Assembly: GCA_964016885.1 (NCBI GenBank)
Contig: OZ024740.1
Span: 404,178,001 to 404,242,000, forward strand
Direction: 5' to 3'
DNA from: Eledone cirrhosa
Lineage: Eukaryota
DNA: 64,000 nucleotides
The notes beneath the pieces were generated by a model. That model did not search any database. It saw only the letters and a program-made list of their open reading frames with translations, and had not been told where the DNA came from. This document shows, in pieces, positions 39,031-52,161 of the stretch. Both the position numbers and the translations under genes were made by a program. The stretch's first letter is position 1. Each line of letters starts with the position of its first letter.

Positions 39031-39345
39031 CGTGAAGCGTACAAGACTCCCTCCTGGACAGGACGCCAGTCCATCGCAGAGTTAAACCCCCAGCTATTGC
39101 TGGTACTCATTTCCAGCTAAGTATACTGGAGCAATATGAAATCGAACTCGGGAATCGAACCCACGACGTTATGATCGTAAGTCGAACACCCTTACCTTCC
39201 TGAGTTCGATTTCATATTGCTCCAGTATACTTATCTGGAAATGAGTACCAGCAATAGCTGGGGTTTAACTCTGCGATGTTCAGGAGGGCGTCTTGTACGC
39301 TTCACGCCATGAAACCGGGATAAGCACCGGTCAAATGAATCTTCT
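39031..39345. mobile_element. Head-to-head inverted pair of tRNA-derived SINE fragments
   Basis: 39031-39150 is the reverse complement of 39198-39307; tRNA-like head with B-box on the minus arm. Confidence 0.75.
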
Positions 39346-39972
39346 GTGTATATGTGGGGGGGGGGGGTCTGTGTGTGTTTGTGTGAGTATCTGTTATATA
39401 ACAAGGGTGGACTGTTGAAAGATAAAGAGTGTAAAGTTACGCCAAGTAACCTTCAAGCGCAATGTGGTTCTTCAATCAGAAAATAGAAGGAATATATTCC
39501 TCCAAGGTGTACTCCACATAGAAACAGGAATTAAGACTTTGAGTAAATAAATACATGACATTGTATGTGTGTAAGAGTACAAAGTATTATATATAATAAA
39601 TAGAGGAATCATGAAGGTAATTAAACCATATTTATTAGTCTTACACATGTTTCAATAAATTAAATGTGAAGAATGTGGTGAATGGAACATTTCATCAAGC
39701 TTTGTTGTGTTCAGATTAAAGAGTTAATTCATGCAGTAAGATCTGATAATAAAAACGAAAAAGACAAAGCACCTTAACATAGAACTTTACATCTCTTTTC
39801 TATGGTCATAAAAACAAACATATATTGTTGGGGAGGCTGATCTATTTAAGGAAAACACAACAACATTATGATAACTGAAATGTTTTAGTATTTTAAGCCG
39901 ATAGCTGTAACTATTTGTTTATAAAAATCACGTCTTGTGGACAAAGAGGCGGAGTAGAAAGAAAGATAAAAA

Positions 39973-40008
<36 letters not shown>

Positions 40009-40009
40009 C

Positions 40010-40095
<86 letters not shown>
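39973..40095. repeat. (AAAG)n microsatellite
   Basis: Direct observation. Confidence 0.97.
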
Positions 40096-40100
<5 letters not shown>

Positions 40101-40302
40101 AAAAAAAAGTGAAGCAGAAGTTACAACTTCTGCTTCACTTTCTTTTTCTTTCTTTGCTATTTCTTTCTTTCTTTCTTTCTTTGTAGCGAGCTGAGTGCAG
40201 CTGAGACATTAGCAAAACATGAAATGTTTTAGTATTTTAAGCCGTTAAACTCAGAGACATTAAATAAAGAAAGAAAGAATATATATATATATATATATAT
40301 AA

Positions 40303-40402
40303 AATTGTTTCTACTTTAGGCACAAGGCCAGCAATTACCCAGTGCATTACTGGTACTTTATTTTATCGACCCCGTAAGGATGAAAGGCAAAGTCAACCTC
40401 GA
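40303..40402 (-). mobile_element. Nin/Deu-domain SINE 3' half
   Basis: Reverse complement of the SINE core and tail. Confidence 0.85.
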
Positions 40403-40527
40403 AATGGCTTCTACAAGACTGTTTCATTCGAAGGAAATCATCATCTACTATGTATTGAGTACTTTACTTACTGTGGTTACCCCCGATTAAACCCGGGATA
40501 TACACACACACACATATATATATATAC

Positions 40528-40572
<45 letters not shown>

Positions 40573-40989
40573 AGTGTGGGACTGGGTGACAGTATGCATG
40601 TGTTTTACAATTACTAATTAATTTATAGTTTGTAATTACTTATCAATATGTTATCTTTAACGAAGTAATCAAATCACAGAAAAATAATTAATTAATTGAT
40701 GAAAATTTTTTCAATGAACCAACAGAGTTAATATAAATAAGAGTTATAAAAGGTTAAGATAAAGTGATAAGTATCTAAGTATTTAAGTTAATACCATTGA
40801 GAGTAAATATTTCAAGATCAAATAAATTTATCTATGAATTAATATACTTATAAGAACGTGCATTTACATAAATATACACACGTAGATAAATAAGCATACA
40901 TATACTATTACATATGTATGTGTGTGTGCATGTGTGCGTGTGTGTCTCTTTATGTATGTATGTAGGTAGGTAGGTAGGTAGGTAGGTAT

Positions 40990-41452
40990 CTATGTCAGGT
41001 CGCTCTCGGGTGCTACTGGTAACATGTAACCCAGTATAACCTGTCTTATGGTCGGACGTCGGCGACTAAACCGGCAACCCCACCAAGCTTGCTTGGTGAG
41101 GAGGGTGATATTTGGACACCCTGTGGGATGAAATACAAGACTAGGCAAAGGGCGGAGGACCTCAACGGCCATCCAAATAGTACTTTTTTTCCACCTGGGA
41201 GTGAAAGCCCCCCAATTGTTCTCACAACACCTTTCTAAGAGAGAGAAACTCTGAAAAAAACCTGCGGCTTCGGAAGCATCCGATGATGTTGACCAGTTCT
41301 CTTTTTCGGGTAGTGTTTTCGATGGTCAGAGAGTGGGATTGGTCGAGTGCAAGGCCTTTCCCCACTTAAAAAACCTTCAAAGCACAGGCATTGCTTGTTC
41401 AGGATCTGTTACAAGCGATTGCAATACTCTTAGCAGAGTCTGCAGCAATCAA
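40990..41452 (+). mobile_element. RTE-like 5' region or non-autonomous element
   Basis: Homologous to 20340-20710 (-); flanked by tetranucleotide microsatellites. Confidence 0.55.
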
Positions 41453-41939
41453 GTATGTACGTACGAATGTATGTATGTATGTATATACGTACGTACGTAT
41501 GTGTGTATCTAGGCACAAATATAGATAAAATATGGATATATATACATAACACAGATGTTAAACGCAGTGATACTTAGACCAGTGTTAATATATATATGTA
41601 TATATATATGTGTGTGTTTGTTGTGTGTATCACAGCTATAATAAAAATTAAAGTAGCAATCAATGATAAACTTTGATTGCCAGATAGATTAACTATGGAG
41701 ATATAAAATATACAGAAGCGAAAACCAACCCAAACCAGACAGTGAGTGTGTTTTATTATTTCTGGCAATATTATAACAATATGACCCTCCCCAAATATAA
41801 CAATATTTGTTTCAACACACGATTTCATATCAAACACCTTACAAAACAAATGTTAAGACCCTCTTCCTGCTACATCAAGCGTTAACCTAATATATACCTT
41901 CCATATACTGTACCGATTGTGTTGTTATTTCTGTTTAAC

Positions 41940-42091
<152 letters not shown>

Positions 42092-42255
42092 TTAATTATA
42101 CTATTTATGGTTATGTAAATACAAAAACCTTTTGCAGTTATATATATTTTTTTATACAAACCCTAAATAGTGGTAGGCAGTAATATATTACTACCTTATT
42201 ACCAGTAAGTTAAGTAGCTCGATGTAAAAACATCAGATGATTTACAGAGCAGTTA

Positions 42256-43548
42256 TATGAAATATAAGAATCAAAGAACTGTTCAAAACATTTTTGTGCT
42301 TACAACTGTTTCCTCCAAACCGAGGTTTTGGATTCTTCGGACCAATTTATTAATGAATGGACAGTTATATGACCTCCTTTTCACCCAAGAGACATACAGA
42401 TACATATGCAAATATTGTGGGTTGACCTCTGGTCGGCCCTGGTGATGATTATCTTTCGACATCCAATGTAGCAAGCGATGACCCAGAACTTACCAGAGAT
42501 CATTGTGTGATGAAGTGATTCTGCAATCACCGCGCCTGGTCCTATGAGTAGACTACAACCACAGAGATCATTAATTTAGAATCCTCGCTCGTCGTCTATA
42601 ATATTCATTTGTGGCACCCTGCGATGGGGGTTAATTCACCATAATAATACGAACACCTTCAGCACAACTTAATAGACTACTCTATAGTTAATACACTTTA
42701 TGCTTTAGAAATTTTTTAGAAGTTGCGCATAACCATAGAAATTAGGGTCTATTTTGAGACACATTTCAATAGCTAGTAATAGAAACCTCGGAGTTACCTC
42801 CCCTCATGCATTAACTCCCCTTAGCCACACACACACTTCCGGGTAGTATTCAATGTCGATTCTCGAAACGTAACAGCCTCCTGTATTGAACTAAAGAACA
42901 TCAGACTACGATTCTCTAACTGGATTGTCAAACGCTCAATATCGAATTGTCGTGGATTATGTGAGGGGCATATAATCTGAAAAATACACTCCCCTGACTA
43001 TGAAAATGTCGAAGTACATGAAGTCCATAACATCCCTTCGCTGTGCATTTCCAATACTTTTAATATGTTTAATGCTTGCACTATTTTTAATGCTTATATC
43101 ATTTCTCCACACACAGACTATAACAATCATATAAAGAATTTGCCACCAGATCAACCAACCTAACACTCTTGTTTACCTACCTAAGTGCTTCTACTACACG
43201 TAACTCTCTGCCACACTATATAAACAAGACGCACGTGCTTGCCACACATATAACATTTGCACTATATAACCGCTTATTTTCATGTTGTATTTTAACCTGT
43301 ATTTTTGATTTTTGATTGTACCTTTTAATATGAATGTAATCTCTAAGTGTGTACTGCCAATCTAAATGCTGTAATGAATGTTGACCCACAATATTTGCAT
43401 ATGTATCTGTATGTCTCTTGGGTGAAAAGGAGGTCATATAACTGTCCATTCATTAATAAATTGGTCCGAAGAATCCAAACCTCGGTTTGGAGGAAACAGT
43501 TGTAAGCACGAAAATGTTTTGAACAGTTCTTTGATTCTTATATTTCAT
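42256..43548. repeat. ~170-bp inverted repeats enclosing ~950 bp; each arm has a variant hammerhead-like core
   Basis: 42256-42425 is the reverse complement of 43381-43548; CCGAAGA-A-TCCAAAC CTCG GTTTGGA-G-GAAA-CAGTTG-TA at 43466-43504. Confidence 0.85.
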
Positions 43549-43640
<92 letters not shown>

Positions 43641-43642
<2 letters not shown>

Positions 43643-44403
43643 TGAATTTGCCGACGCTATAGTTTTGGTGACAAATAGAGTGAAGGAGGCAGAGGATTTG
43701 ATGCAGGAGGTTGAGACTTTGTCGATGAGTGTGGGGCTGAGAATGAATGAGACTAAAACAAAATATCTGGTAGAGAATCTTGAGAAGCCAGAGGGGATCA
43801 CTAATGTAGGCGGGAAGTCGCTAGAATTGGTTGAGGACTTCGTGTATTTGGGAGCAAAGATTGGGAATACGGAAGATGATGTGGTGGAGAAGAAGAGCAA
43901 AGCCTGGGCGGCGTGCCACAGCTTGAGATCGGTGTGGAAGTCGGACCTTCGTAAAGACCTGAAAATCCCCCTCTTCATTGCTGTAGTGGAGTCTGTGCTG
44001 CTGTACGGGTCTGAGACTTAGACACTGACCAAGAAACTCACTCAGATGGTGGATGGGTGCTACACGAGAATGCTGAGGATGCCTCTGAACATTAATCAGT
44101 ATAAACTGAGGATGAAAAACTCAGAGCTGTAAGGGAGCCTCACAATAGTCAGCTCAAAAGTGACACAGAGGAGACTGAGATTAGCTGGACATGCTCACCG
44201 ACATCCAGAGTTGACATTGCACTCAGTGCTCCTGTGGGAGCCCCTACATGGCACACTGGAAGATGAAGACCAAGGTTAACGTATGTTGATGCCCTAAGGA
44301 CAGACACTGGTCTGTTGGAGACGCAGGACATGACAGCGATAATGAGGCACAGAGACCGCTGGAAAGAACTCGTCCATGGATCTCGGGAATTTTACCCGCC
44401 CTA

Positions 44404-44404
<1 letters not shown>
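43641..44404 (+). pseudogene. RTE-clade LINE 3' fragment
   Basis: FADAIVLV, GLRMNETKT, VEDFVYLG, LLYGSET, RRLRLAGH; 3' end shared with 63620-63844. Confidence 0.85.
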
Positions 44405-44488
<84 letters not shown>

Positions 44489-44502
44489 GAGAGAGAGAGA
44501 GA

Positions 44503-45092
44503 CATTTTATAACATGTTATCCATGTGCAACCTGCAGTATTCTTCTCCCCATTTTTTCACATATATTTACCTAAACTGCGATTCTGTTTTTCTCTCTCTC
44601 TCTCTCTCTCTCCTACTGCTCCCTCGTTCTCTCTGGTTCTCTTACTTTCTTTCGCCCCGTCTGTCATGTCAGTTAACACTTTCTCTCTACTGACCTCTTC
44701 CTCACACTTCCACTCACTCACTCACTGTTTCTTCCCTTCTCACTTCACCCCGTTCGCGACGAAAACAATTTCCTTCTTTCTTACATTGGATTCATCTCGA
44801 AAGGTCTATTTTCTACGCGCTCATATATTCACCCAGCTTATGCTGATAGAATAACTATGTAGCTTGTGCCTCTTCCTATCTACGGTTAGCTTTTCTCTTT
44901 GTTGTTTACTTGTCTCACTCGCTTTACGCGTTTTAATTGTCCTAATAACTTAATTTAGTTATTATTGCACCAACGTGAGGTATATGATTTTTAATGCAAT
45001 GAAATATCTATGATCGTTGGCAAATCACTGATGAGGGACTCATTTTATAACATGTTATCCATGTGCAACCTGCAGTATTCTTCTCCCCATTT

Positions 45093-45097
<5 letters not shown>
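44503..45097 (+). mobile_element. Terminally redundant ~540-bp repeat, same family as 5925-7525
   Basis: CATTTTATAACATGTTATCCATGTGCAACCTGCAGTATTCTTCTCCCCATTTTTT is present at both ends. Confidence 0.8.
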
Positions 45098-45148
<51 letters not shown>

Positions 45149-45187
45149 TATATATAATTAATGTGAGCAAGAATCCAACAGTATTTC

Positions 45188-45227
<40 letters not shown>

Positions 45228-45270
45228 GAAATACTGTTGGATTCTTGCTCACATTAATTTCTATATTTTC

Positions 45271-45335
<65 letters not shown>

Positions 45336-45454
45336 AGGTGAGTTTTATTGTAGTACAATAAAGCAATGCAGATATCGGATAAGTAGGACTCTACAGTTTG
45401 TAGGACTGGAGTATAAATAATATAAGATCAAAAGATGGTTAAAAGAGTTCCATG

Positions 45455-45525
45455 TATTTTATTATGCGCATTTCAAAAACAAATAGCATCATGAGATGAC
45501 ATTTGCGTTTTCGTCAGATAAAATA
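45455..45525 (-). ncRNA. Hammerhead ribozyme motif within palindrome 45417-45663
   Basis: Minus strand TATTTTAT-CTGACGA-AAACGCAAAT...ATTTGTTTTT-GAAA-TGCGCA-TA-ATAAAATA; 8-bp stem I, palindromic stem III. Confidence 0.8.
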
Positions 45526-45784
45526 GGGAGACTTGTGAATAGTACAGTTTTAAATCAACATATGTTGAAAACGCAAATGTCATCTCATGATGATATCTGT
45601 TTTTGAAATGTGTATAATAAAATACATGGAACTCTTTTAACCATCTTTTGATCTTATATTATATATATATATATATTATAAAGAGTCGGGACTCCCGATG
45701 GCTGAGAGCTTGCCGTTTCAACAGCTAGTTCCAGACTCTTATATGTATGTGTGTGTGTATAATATATATATATATTTTTTTTTA

Positions 45785-46192
45785 AGTAAAAAGAAATTCA
45801 AACACTCATATATAAGAAAAAACAACCTGAGTCCCCCACCCCCTTGTTTGAAGAACTTTGTAACGCGAACTGGCGCGAAATTTATTATACTTATTGACCA
45901 TCAAATCAAATTACTTCTCTAAAAACCTGGCATTTCGAGCCACTATTTTCCATATAAAACAAGTAACATTCAAAGACCAATAAGTTGTGAGAAAAACCAC
46001 AGACCCTCCATCTCAACTCTACCTTTGAAAAGCAGAAGAACTGCGAAACCGGTAAAGGAACCAAATAAATATATATTTTTTAAAAAAAGACTCCAGTTGC
46101 ATTTTCGATTTCATCGATTTCATCTTTTTTTCCTTATACTTTCACTCGTGTAGGACACCTCGGTTATTTTTCATTTTGTAAAAAAACCTCAC

Positions 46193-46200
<8 letters not shown>
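45785..46200 (+). mobile_element. Short non-coding PLE-like unit carrying a U3-A8 hammerhead (46022-46058)
   Basis: Homologous to 50987-51410, 51530-51875 and 52162-52700. Confidence 0.8.
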
Positions 46201-46225
<25 letters not shown>

Positions 46226-46265
46226 CGATATTAATAAATGGAAACTATATTTATAAAACCATATT

Positions 46266-46330
46266 TATTTCATTATACATATTTCAGGGATACCAAATTA
46301 AATTATGGTATGCCTTCATCAGACAAAATA
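46266..46330 (-). ncRNA. Hammerhead motif in the inverted pseudo-LTR copy
   Basis: Reverse complement of 50065-50129. Confidence 0.75.
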
Positions 46331-46671
46331 CAATATATAACAGTTTTACAAATAAGCTTTGACGTACCCTATTAAAATGCAACCATTGTTTTGGGAAGTC
46401 ATCCGGATAGTGAATTGTTTATATAACTTTAATAAGTCATAGTGTTAAGGACAATTAGAAAAAGATGGAGAGAAAGAAAAAGACGGGGAGAAAGAAAAAA
46501 CGTGGAGAAATATCGGGAGAGAGAGAGAGATGCATGGAGAAAAAAAAAGAAAGAGATAAGTAAAGACTGGAGGAAAGGAAGAAAGAAGAAAAAAGGAAGA
46601 AATAAGAAAAACAGAGGAAAGCAACAGAGAGATATTAAGTCAACAGACAGATAGAAAAACTCAAGATCAAT

Positions 46672-48350
46672 ATGAAGGACCACAAAAGAAACTTTGAAAA
46701 TGATTTACCAGTCAGATTAATTGCACCATCTAAATCTGACCTGGGCAAACTTAGCAAAAATATTCTAGACAGGGTAATACAACAAATTAAAAACTTATCT
46801 AATTTATCTTACTTAAAATTATGGAAAGGGACTAGTGAGGTTATCGATTGGTTTAAAGAAATTAAATATAACTATAATAATAAGTTTATTCAGCTGGATA
46901 TTGCTAACTACTACTCATCTATCACTCCTAATCTACTGAATAAGGCACTAAATTACGCATTTAAACATACTGACCTAACTAGCAATGAAATGCACATTAT
47001 ATTATCGGCAAGGAAAACATTGATAGAATTTAATAATCAACTCTGGACTAGGGCAGATAGAAATAATAATTTCGACATAACTATGGGATCATCAGACTCA
47101 GCTCAGGTAACGGACCTTGTGGGCCTATTTATAATTAATTCGCTACATAGAAAAATACCAGGTGTAACCGGAGGCTTATATCGTGATGACATGCTTTTAC
47201 TTATACAAAATAATAGCTGTGAACTAAATAGGAAAAGAAAACAAATTATACAATTTTTTAATTACCATAATCTAAAAGTAGAAATAGAGAATAACCATAA
47301 AATAGTCAATTTTCTTTACGTAACACTAAATCTCAACACATGTCTTCATTATCCATTTCACAAACTAAATGAGAACTTGAATTATGTTAATTTTAACTCT
47401 AATCACCCCAGATCTGTTAAAAATACTATAGTGAACTCTGTTCAAGAAAGAATTTCAAGAATTTCATCTAATAAAAATATATTTGATGAAAAAGCGCAGT
47501 ATTACAACGAAGCGTTAGGTAGAGCTGGATATAGAAATGAAATTAAATACATTGATAATAATAATAATAAGCAAACTAACCAAAATAATAACAATTTTAA
47601 TTATGGTAACAACTTTAGCAACTATAATAGAAAACATTACAATAATTCCAAAAGCCGAAAAAGAAATAGAACTAGAAACATATTATGGTTTACTCCCCCT
47701 TTCTCACTAAATATTAAAACCCCTATTGCTAAACTATTCTTTAAAGCTCTTGACAAACGCTTCCCTAGAACACATAAATATTACTCAAATTTTAATAGAC
47801 ACACTATAAAATTAACTTACTCGTCCACCAAAAATTTAGCACAAAATATTAATAGAATTAATAATAGAAATTTAAAACCTAACCAAAATACCAATAATAA
47901 CCCAAGCAATGTTCAATTGAATAACTGTAACTAGAAATAAATCTAACTGTCCGTTAAATAACAACTGCTTAGCTAAAAATGTAGTGTACAATTGTAATGT
48001 TAAAACTAATTTAAATTCGTTTTATGTTGGTTCTACCTCGACTGAATTTAAATTTCGCTTCAATAATCATAAAAATTCTTTCACAGATCCAAACAAAAAA
48101 TCTTCAACTTCGCTATCTAGCCTACTATGGGACCTAAAACGAGATAATGTTAAATATTCGATGACTTGGAATATTATTTCATAAGCTACTCCTTTTAATT
48201 CCTCTTCAGAAAATTGTGATCTTTGTATTGAAGAAATATTCTTTATATTAAAGTCCAAAATTTCCCTTAATTTAAGGAACAATTTATTCAGTTGCTGCAG
48301 ACATAGATTAAACTCAACGTTTAAATATAAATATAAATTTAAAATGTAGT
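46672..48350 (+). pseudogene. PLE RT plus C-terminal GIY-YIG endonuclease, one frameshift and one stop
   Basis: KDHK, VRLIAP, LDIANYYSSI, DITMGS, GLYRDD, SNHP, ILWFTPPFS; restoring 2 nt near 47932 gives CNCRNKSNCPLNNNC..NVVY..YVGST...RFNNH...CDLC..E....LN.R...CRH. Confidence 0.9.
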
Positions 48351-49420
48351 ATAATTAATTAAGTAATTTAGTTAATATATAAAACCTGTCGATAAATCAT
48401 TAGATTCCTTCACCTTTTCCTTTTTAAACTTTCTTCCTAAATATAAACATAGATATAATAAACTACTTTAAAATGTCTACACTTACAATATCTTAAATAA
48501 AATATACGTAGGATAAATTTCTATACTAAATATAAGGATATCTGTAGAATCTTTGGGCTTTAAATCTTTAAAATTTTTGAATTTTGAAAATTTTTTTAAT
48601 TCTTTTTGAAATTTTTTGAAATTTTTAGATGTTTAAATTTTTAAATTTTTAAATTATATTGATATAATATTTATTTAACTTTTATTTAATTTAATTTTTA
48701 TTTATTTTTATTAGTTTTGCTTTGATTCTGATAGCTTCTCATAATTCTCATAAGTCTACCCTTTCAATATCTTGATTGAAATATAAGTAGGATAATTTTC
48801 TATACTAAATATATGAAACATATTATTTTAACTTAAGATACTCTATAGTGTTTTAAAGATATTTAATGCTTTGACATTTCTAGAATTCGTTTGTCCTTTT
48901 GACTATACTGATATAGTTGTATTTCCAAAATATAATCCTTTGGTATTTTAAATTTATATTGGTATAATTATATTTCCAAAGTATAATCCTTAGTAATATA
49001 TTGATATTTGATTATCTCTATACAAAAGTATATGTGTGTATTAACATGCATATAAAAGTGTTATAGGTTTTTTTATGATTGTATATATGTCTGTATGTAT
49101 ACATGAGCGATGCCTGATGACGCACGCAGATATTTATTTATACATATATAGGTGTATATGTATATATGTGTGTGTATGTATATGTGTGGGTAAAAGTTAT
49201 GTTGCATAACCACGCAGTTTGGATTGCAGAAATGTTAAATGCATGAATGGTAATCATATATACGAAGTCATGAATGTTAATCGTATATATTTATGTGTAT
49301 ATATACTGTGAACTTTTTATAACACAACGAATGTATAGCAGTGATTAAGAGAAATCGTCTGCGCTTTATATGTCTATATTGTTGACTTGAGTAAATATAA
49401 TTTCTATTTTCAGGACGTGC

Positions 49421-49482
<62 letters not shown>

Positions 49483-50064
49483 GTGTCTTTCTCTAGCAAT
49501 GTGAACATTTTGGAGATTAAACCCAAATTTTGGTATATTGATCTCAAGGTTTAAACTAAACATATAGTCATTATTAAACAATGTTTAATTTCTCATATTA
49601 TATATCTATGTCCCATTCATGAATATTAATATTTATATTTTTATTATTCATTTCATATGAATTGTTAACTCAATTTAACATGACATGACGTAAAGTTTTC
49701 ATAATCTCCCTCTCTCTATATATAACATTTCTCTCTCTTGAATTTTTCTATCTGTCTGTTGAGTTAATATCTCTCTGTTGCTTTCCTCTGTTTTTCTTAT
49801 TTCTTCCTTTTTTCCTCTTTCTTCCTTTCCTCCTGTCTTTACTTATCTCTTTCTTTTTTTCTCCATTTTTCTCTCTCTCTCCGATATTTCTCCACGTTTT
49901 TTCTTTCTCTCCGTTTTTTTTTTCTCTCCGTCTTTTTCTAATTGTCCTTAACACTATGACTTATTAAAGTTATATAAACAATTCACTATCGGATGACTTC
50001 CAAAAACAATGGTTGCATTTTAATAGGGTACGTCAAAGCTTATTTGTAAAACTGTTATATATTG

Positions 50065-50129
50065 TATTTTGTCTGATGAAGGCATACCATAATTTAATTT
50101 GGTATCCCTGAAATATGTATAATGAAATA
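50065..50129 (+). ncRNA. Hammerhead motif in the PLE 3' pseudo-LTR
   Basis: TATTTTGT-CTGATGA-AGGCATACCA TAATTTAATT TGGTATCCCT-GAAA-TATGTA-TA-ATGAAATA, overlapping AATAAA. Confidence 0.75.
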
Positions 50130-50277
50130 AATATGGTTTTATAAATATAGTTTCCATTTATTAATATCGTATATCTACTCCAAATACTTGTCGAGTGCTT
50201 TATATCAGTTATAAAAATATTTACTTGTTGTATCCCAACAATTTTAAATAGAACTTTTGCATATATATATATATATA

Positions 50278-50937
50278 TCACACCAAAAATCAACATACTG
50301 ATTCCGGATTTAGTACGGGTGGTGAGGAACGTGTCCTACATGTGCAACCCCAAAGAACTAGAAAGACACATACAACACTTCATCCACTGTATGCAGTTCT
50401 CTGGTTACAATCAGAGAGATAAAATAAGAGTATATAGAGGAGCCAGAACCAAATGGGAAAAAAATGGTAAATAATGATACAAATGAGACCTGCCCGTTGT
50501 ATAGGAGCACATTTTGGAATAGAATAGAAAGAACCAGGAATAAGGTTAATAGAATAAACTCATGGTATGATAGCAATAAATACCAGAGTGTAATGTTCAT
50601 CAATACAACCCCTAAAGGTGAACTAGCTTACAAATTTAGAAGGGCCCTAGATAAACTTAAACTAAATATTAAGATAGTGGAAAGACCAGGTACCTCCATA
50701 AAAACACTTATTAGTAATACATACCCTTTTCAAAGACCTCCCTTTATAGATAAGAAATGCATAATCTGTAAACTAAGCCCCCATATTAACTGCAAAACTA
50801 GAAACATAGTATTTAGCATAAGATGTACTGAGGGACAATGTAAAGATAAGAATATAATGTACATAGGTGAGACAGCTCGTAGCATAGGAGAACGATTAAA
50901 TGAACAGTGGCTCTCGCCAGTGGTCATTTGGCGAGAG

Positions 50938-50938
<1 letters not shown>
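50278..50938 (+). pseudogene. Neptune-like PLE fragment (thumb, Cys-rich linker, GIY-YIG N-terminal half)
   Basis: Homologous to ORF 10788-11345; KIVERPG, CIIC...C..RNIVFSIRC...C...YIGETARSIGERLNE. Confidence 0.88.
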
Positions 50939-50986
<48 letters not shown>

Positions 50987-50993
<7 letters not shown>

Positions 50994-51873
50994 GTGAGGT
51001 TTTTTTTACAAAATGAAAAATAACCGAGGTGTCCTACACGAGTGGAAGTATAAAGAAAAAGGGATGAAATCGAAAATGCAACTGAAGTCTTATTTTTTAA
51101 AAAAATATATATATTTATTTGGTTCCTTTACCGGTTTCGCAGTTCTTCTGCTTTTCAAAAGGTGAGTTGAGATGGAGGGTCTGTGGTTTTTCTCACATCT
51201 GGTTGGTCTCTAAATGTTACCTGTTTTATATGGAAAAAGTGGCTCGAAAACCAGGTTTTTCGAGAAGTAATTTGATTGGTTTGTCAATAATTATAATAAA
51301 TTTCGCGCCAGTTCGCGTTACAATAGTTCTTCAAATAAGAGAGGGGGGGGGGGGGTTGTCACAGGTTGTTTTTTCATATATGAGTGTTTGAATTTCTTTT
51401 TACTTGAAAAAATGAGGCTCACGAAGGCTTTTTTTTGGTTGGTTATAAATGAAATTTGGCTGTCACGTGAACAAGTTTTCATTACATTTTTGCGCCCTTA
51501 TTTGGAAAACTATTCTGTAGTCTTTATAGTGAAAAAACTCATATATGAAAAAACAACCTGTGACAACCCCCCCCCCCCCCCCTCTTATTTGAAGAACTAT
51601 TGTAACGCGAACTGGCGCGAAATTTATTATAATTATTGACAAACCAATCAAATTACTTCTCGAAAAACCTGGTTTTCGAGCCACTTTTTCCATATAAAAC
51701 AGGTAACATTTAGAGACCAACCAGATGTGAGAAAAACCACAGACCCTCCATCTCAACTCACCTTTTGAAAAGCAGAAGAACTGCGAAACCGGTAAAGGAA
51801 CCAAATAAATATATATATTTTTAAAAAAATAAGACTTCAGTTGCATTTTCGATTTCATCCCTTTTTCTTTATA

Positions 51874-51875
<2 letters not shown>
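50987..51875. mobile_element. Inverted dimer of the U3-A8 hammerhead unit (ribozymes at 51125-51162 - and 51761-51798 +)
   Basis: Arms near-identical over about 340 bp; CCTT-TTGAAAA-GCAG AAGAA CTGC-GAAA-CCGG-TA-AAGG followed by AATAAA. Confidence 0.88.
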
Positions 51876-51942
<67 letters not shown>

Positions 51943-52084
51943 ATTAAAATACTGGAGCGTGTTGGAGTTAAACACCCTCTTCGTATTATAGAAATGACAG
52001 TAAAAGGTATAGCTCAATGTAATTAAACAGAGTCGAAGAATTATGAAAGTAAAACAAAGAAGCCTTCAATACATCAAAAGTCTT

Positions 52085-52132
52085 TATTAGCCAACAATGT
52101 TTCGTCCTATTAAGGACTCATCAGGGCAATTA
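52085..52132 (-). ncRNA. Hammerhead ribozyme motif
   Basis: Minus strand ATTGCC-CTGATGA-GTCCT TAAT AGGAC-GAAA-CATTG-TT-GGCTAAT, then AATAAA. Confidence 0.8.
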
Positions 52133-52161
52133 AAACAACAAGAAGTATTATATATATATAT

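Larger units (their letters stand above)
46224..50175 (+). mobile_element. Penelope-like element (probably Nematis-like), 5'-truncated, with 3' pseudo-LTR and an inverted 5' copy of it
   Basis: RT plus GIY-YIG coding region 46672-48350; 46224-46668 is the reverse complement of about 49735-50175; hammerhead in both repeats. Confidence 0.9.

Noticed and set aside
47920-48190. Programmed recoding or selenocysteine in the PLE ORF
   Set aside because: The interruptions are a 2-nt loss creating TAG and a TAA stop, not in-frame TGA at Cys positions; ordinary decay is simpler.
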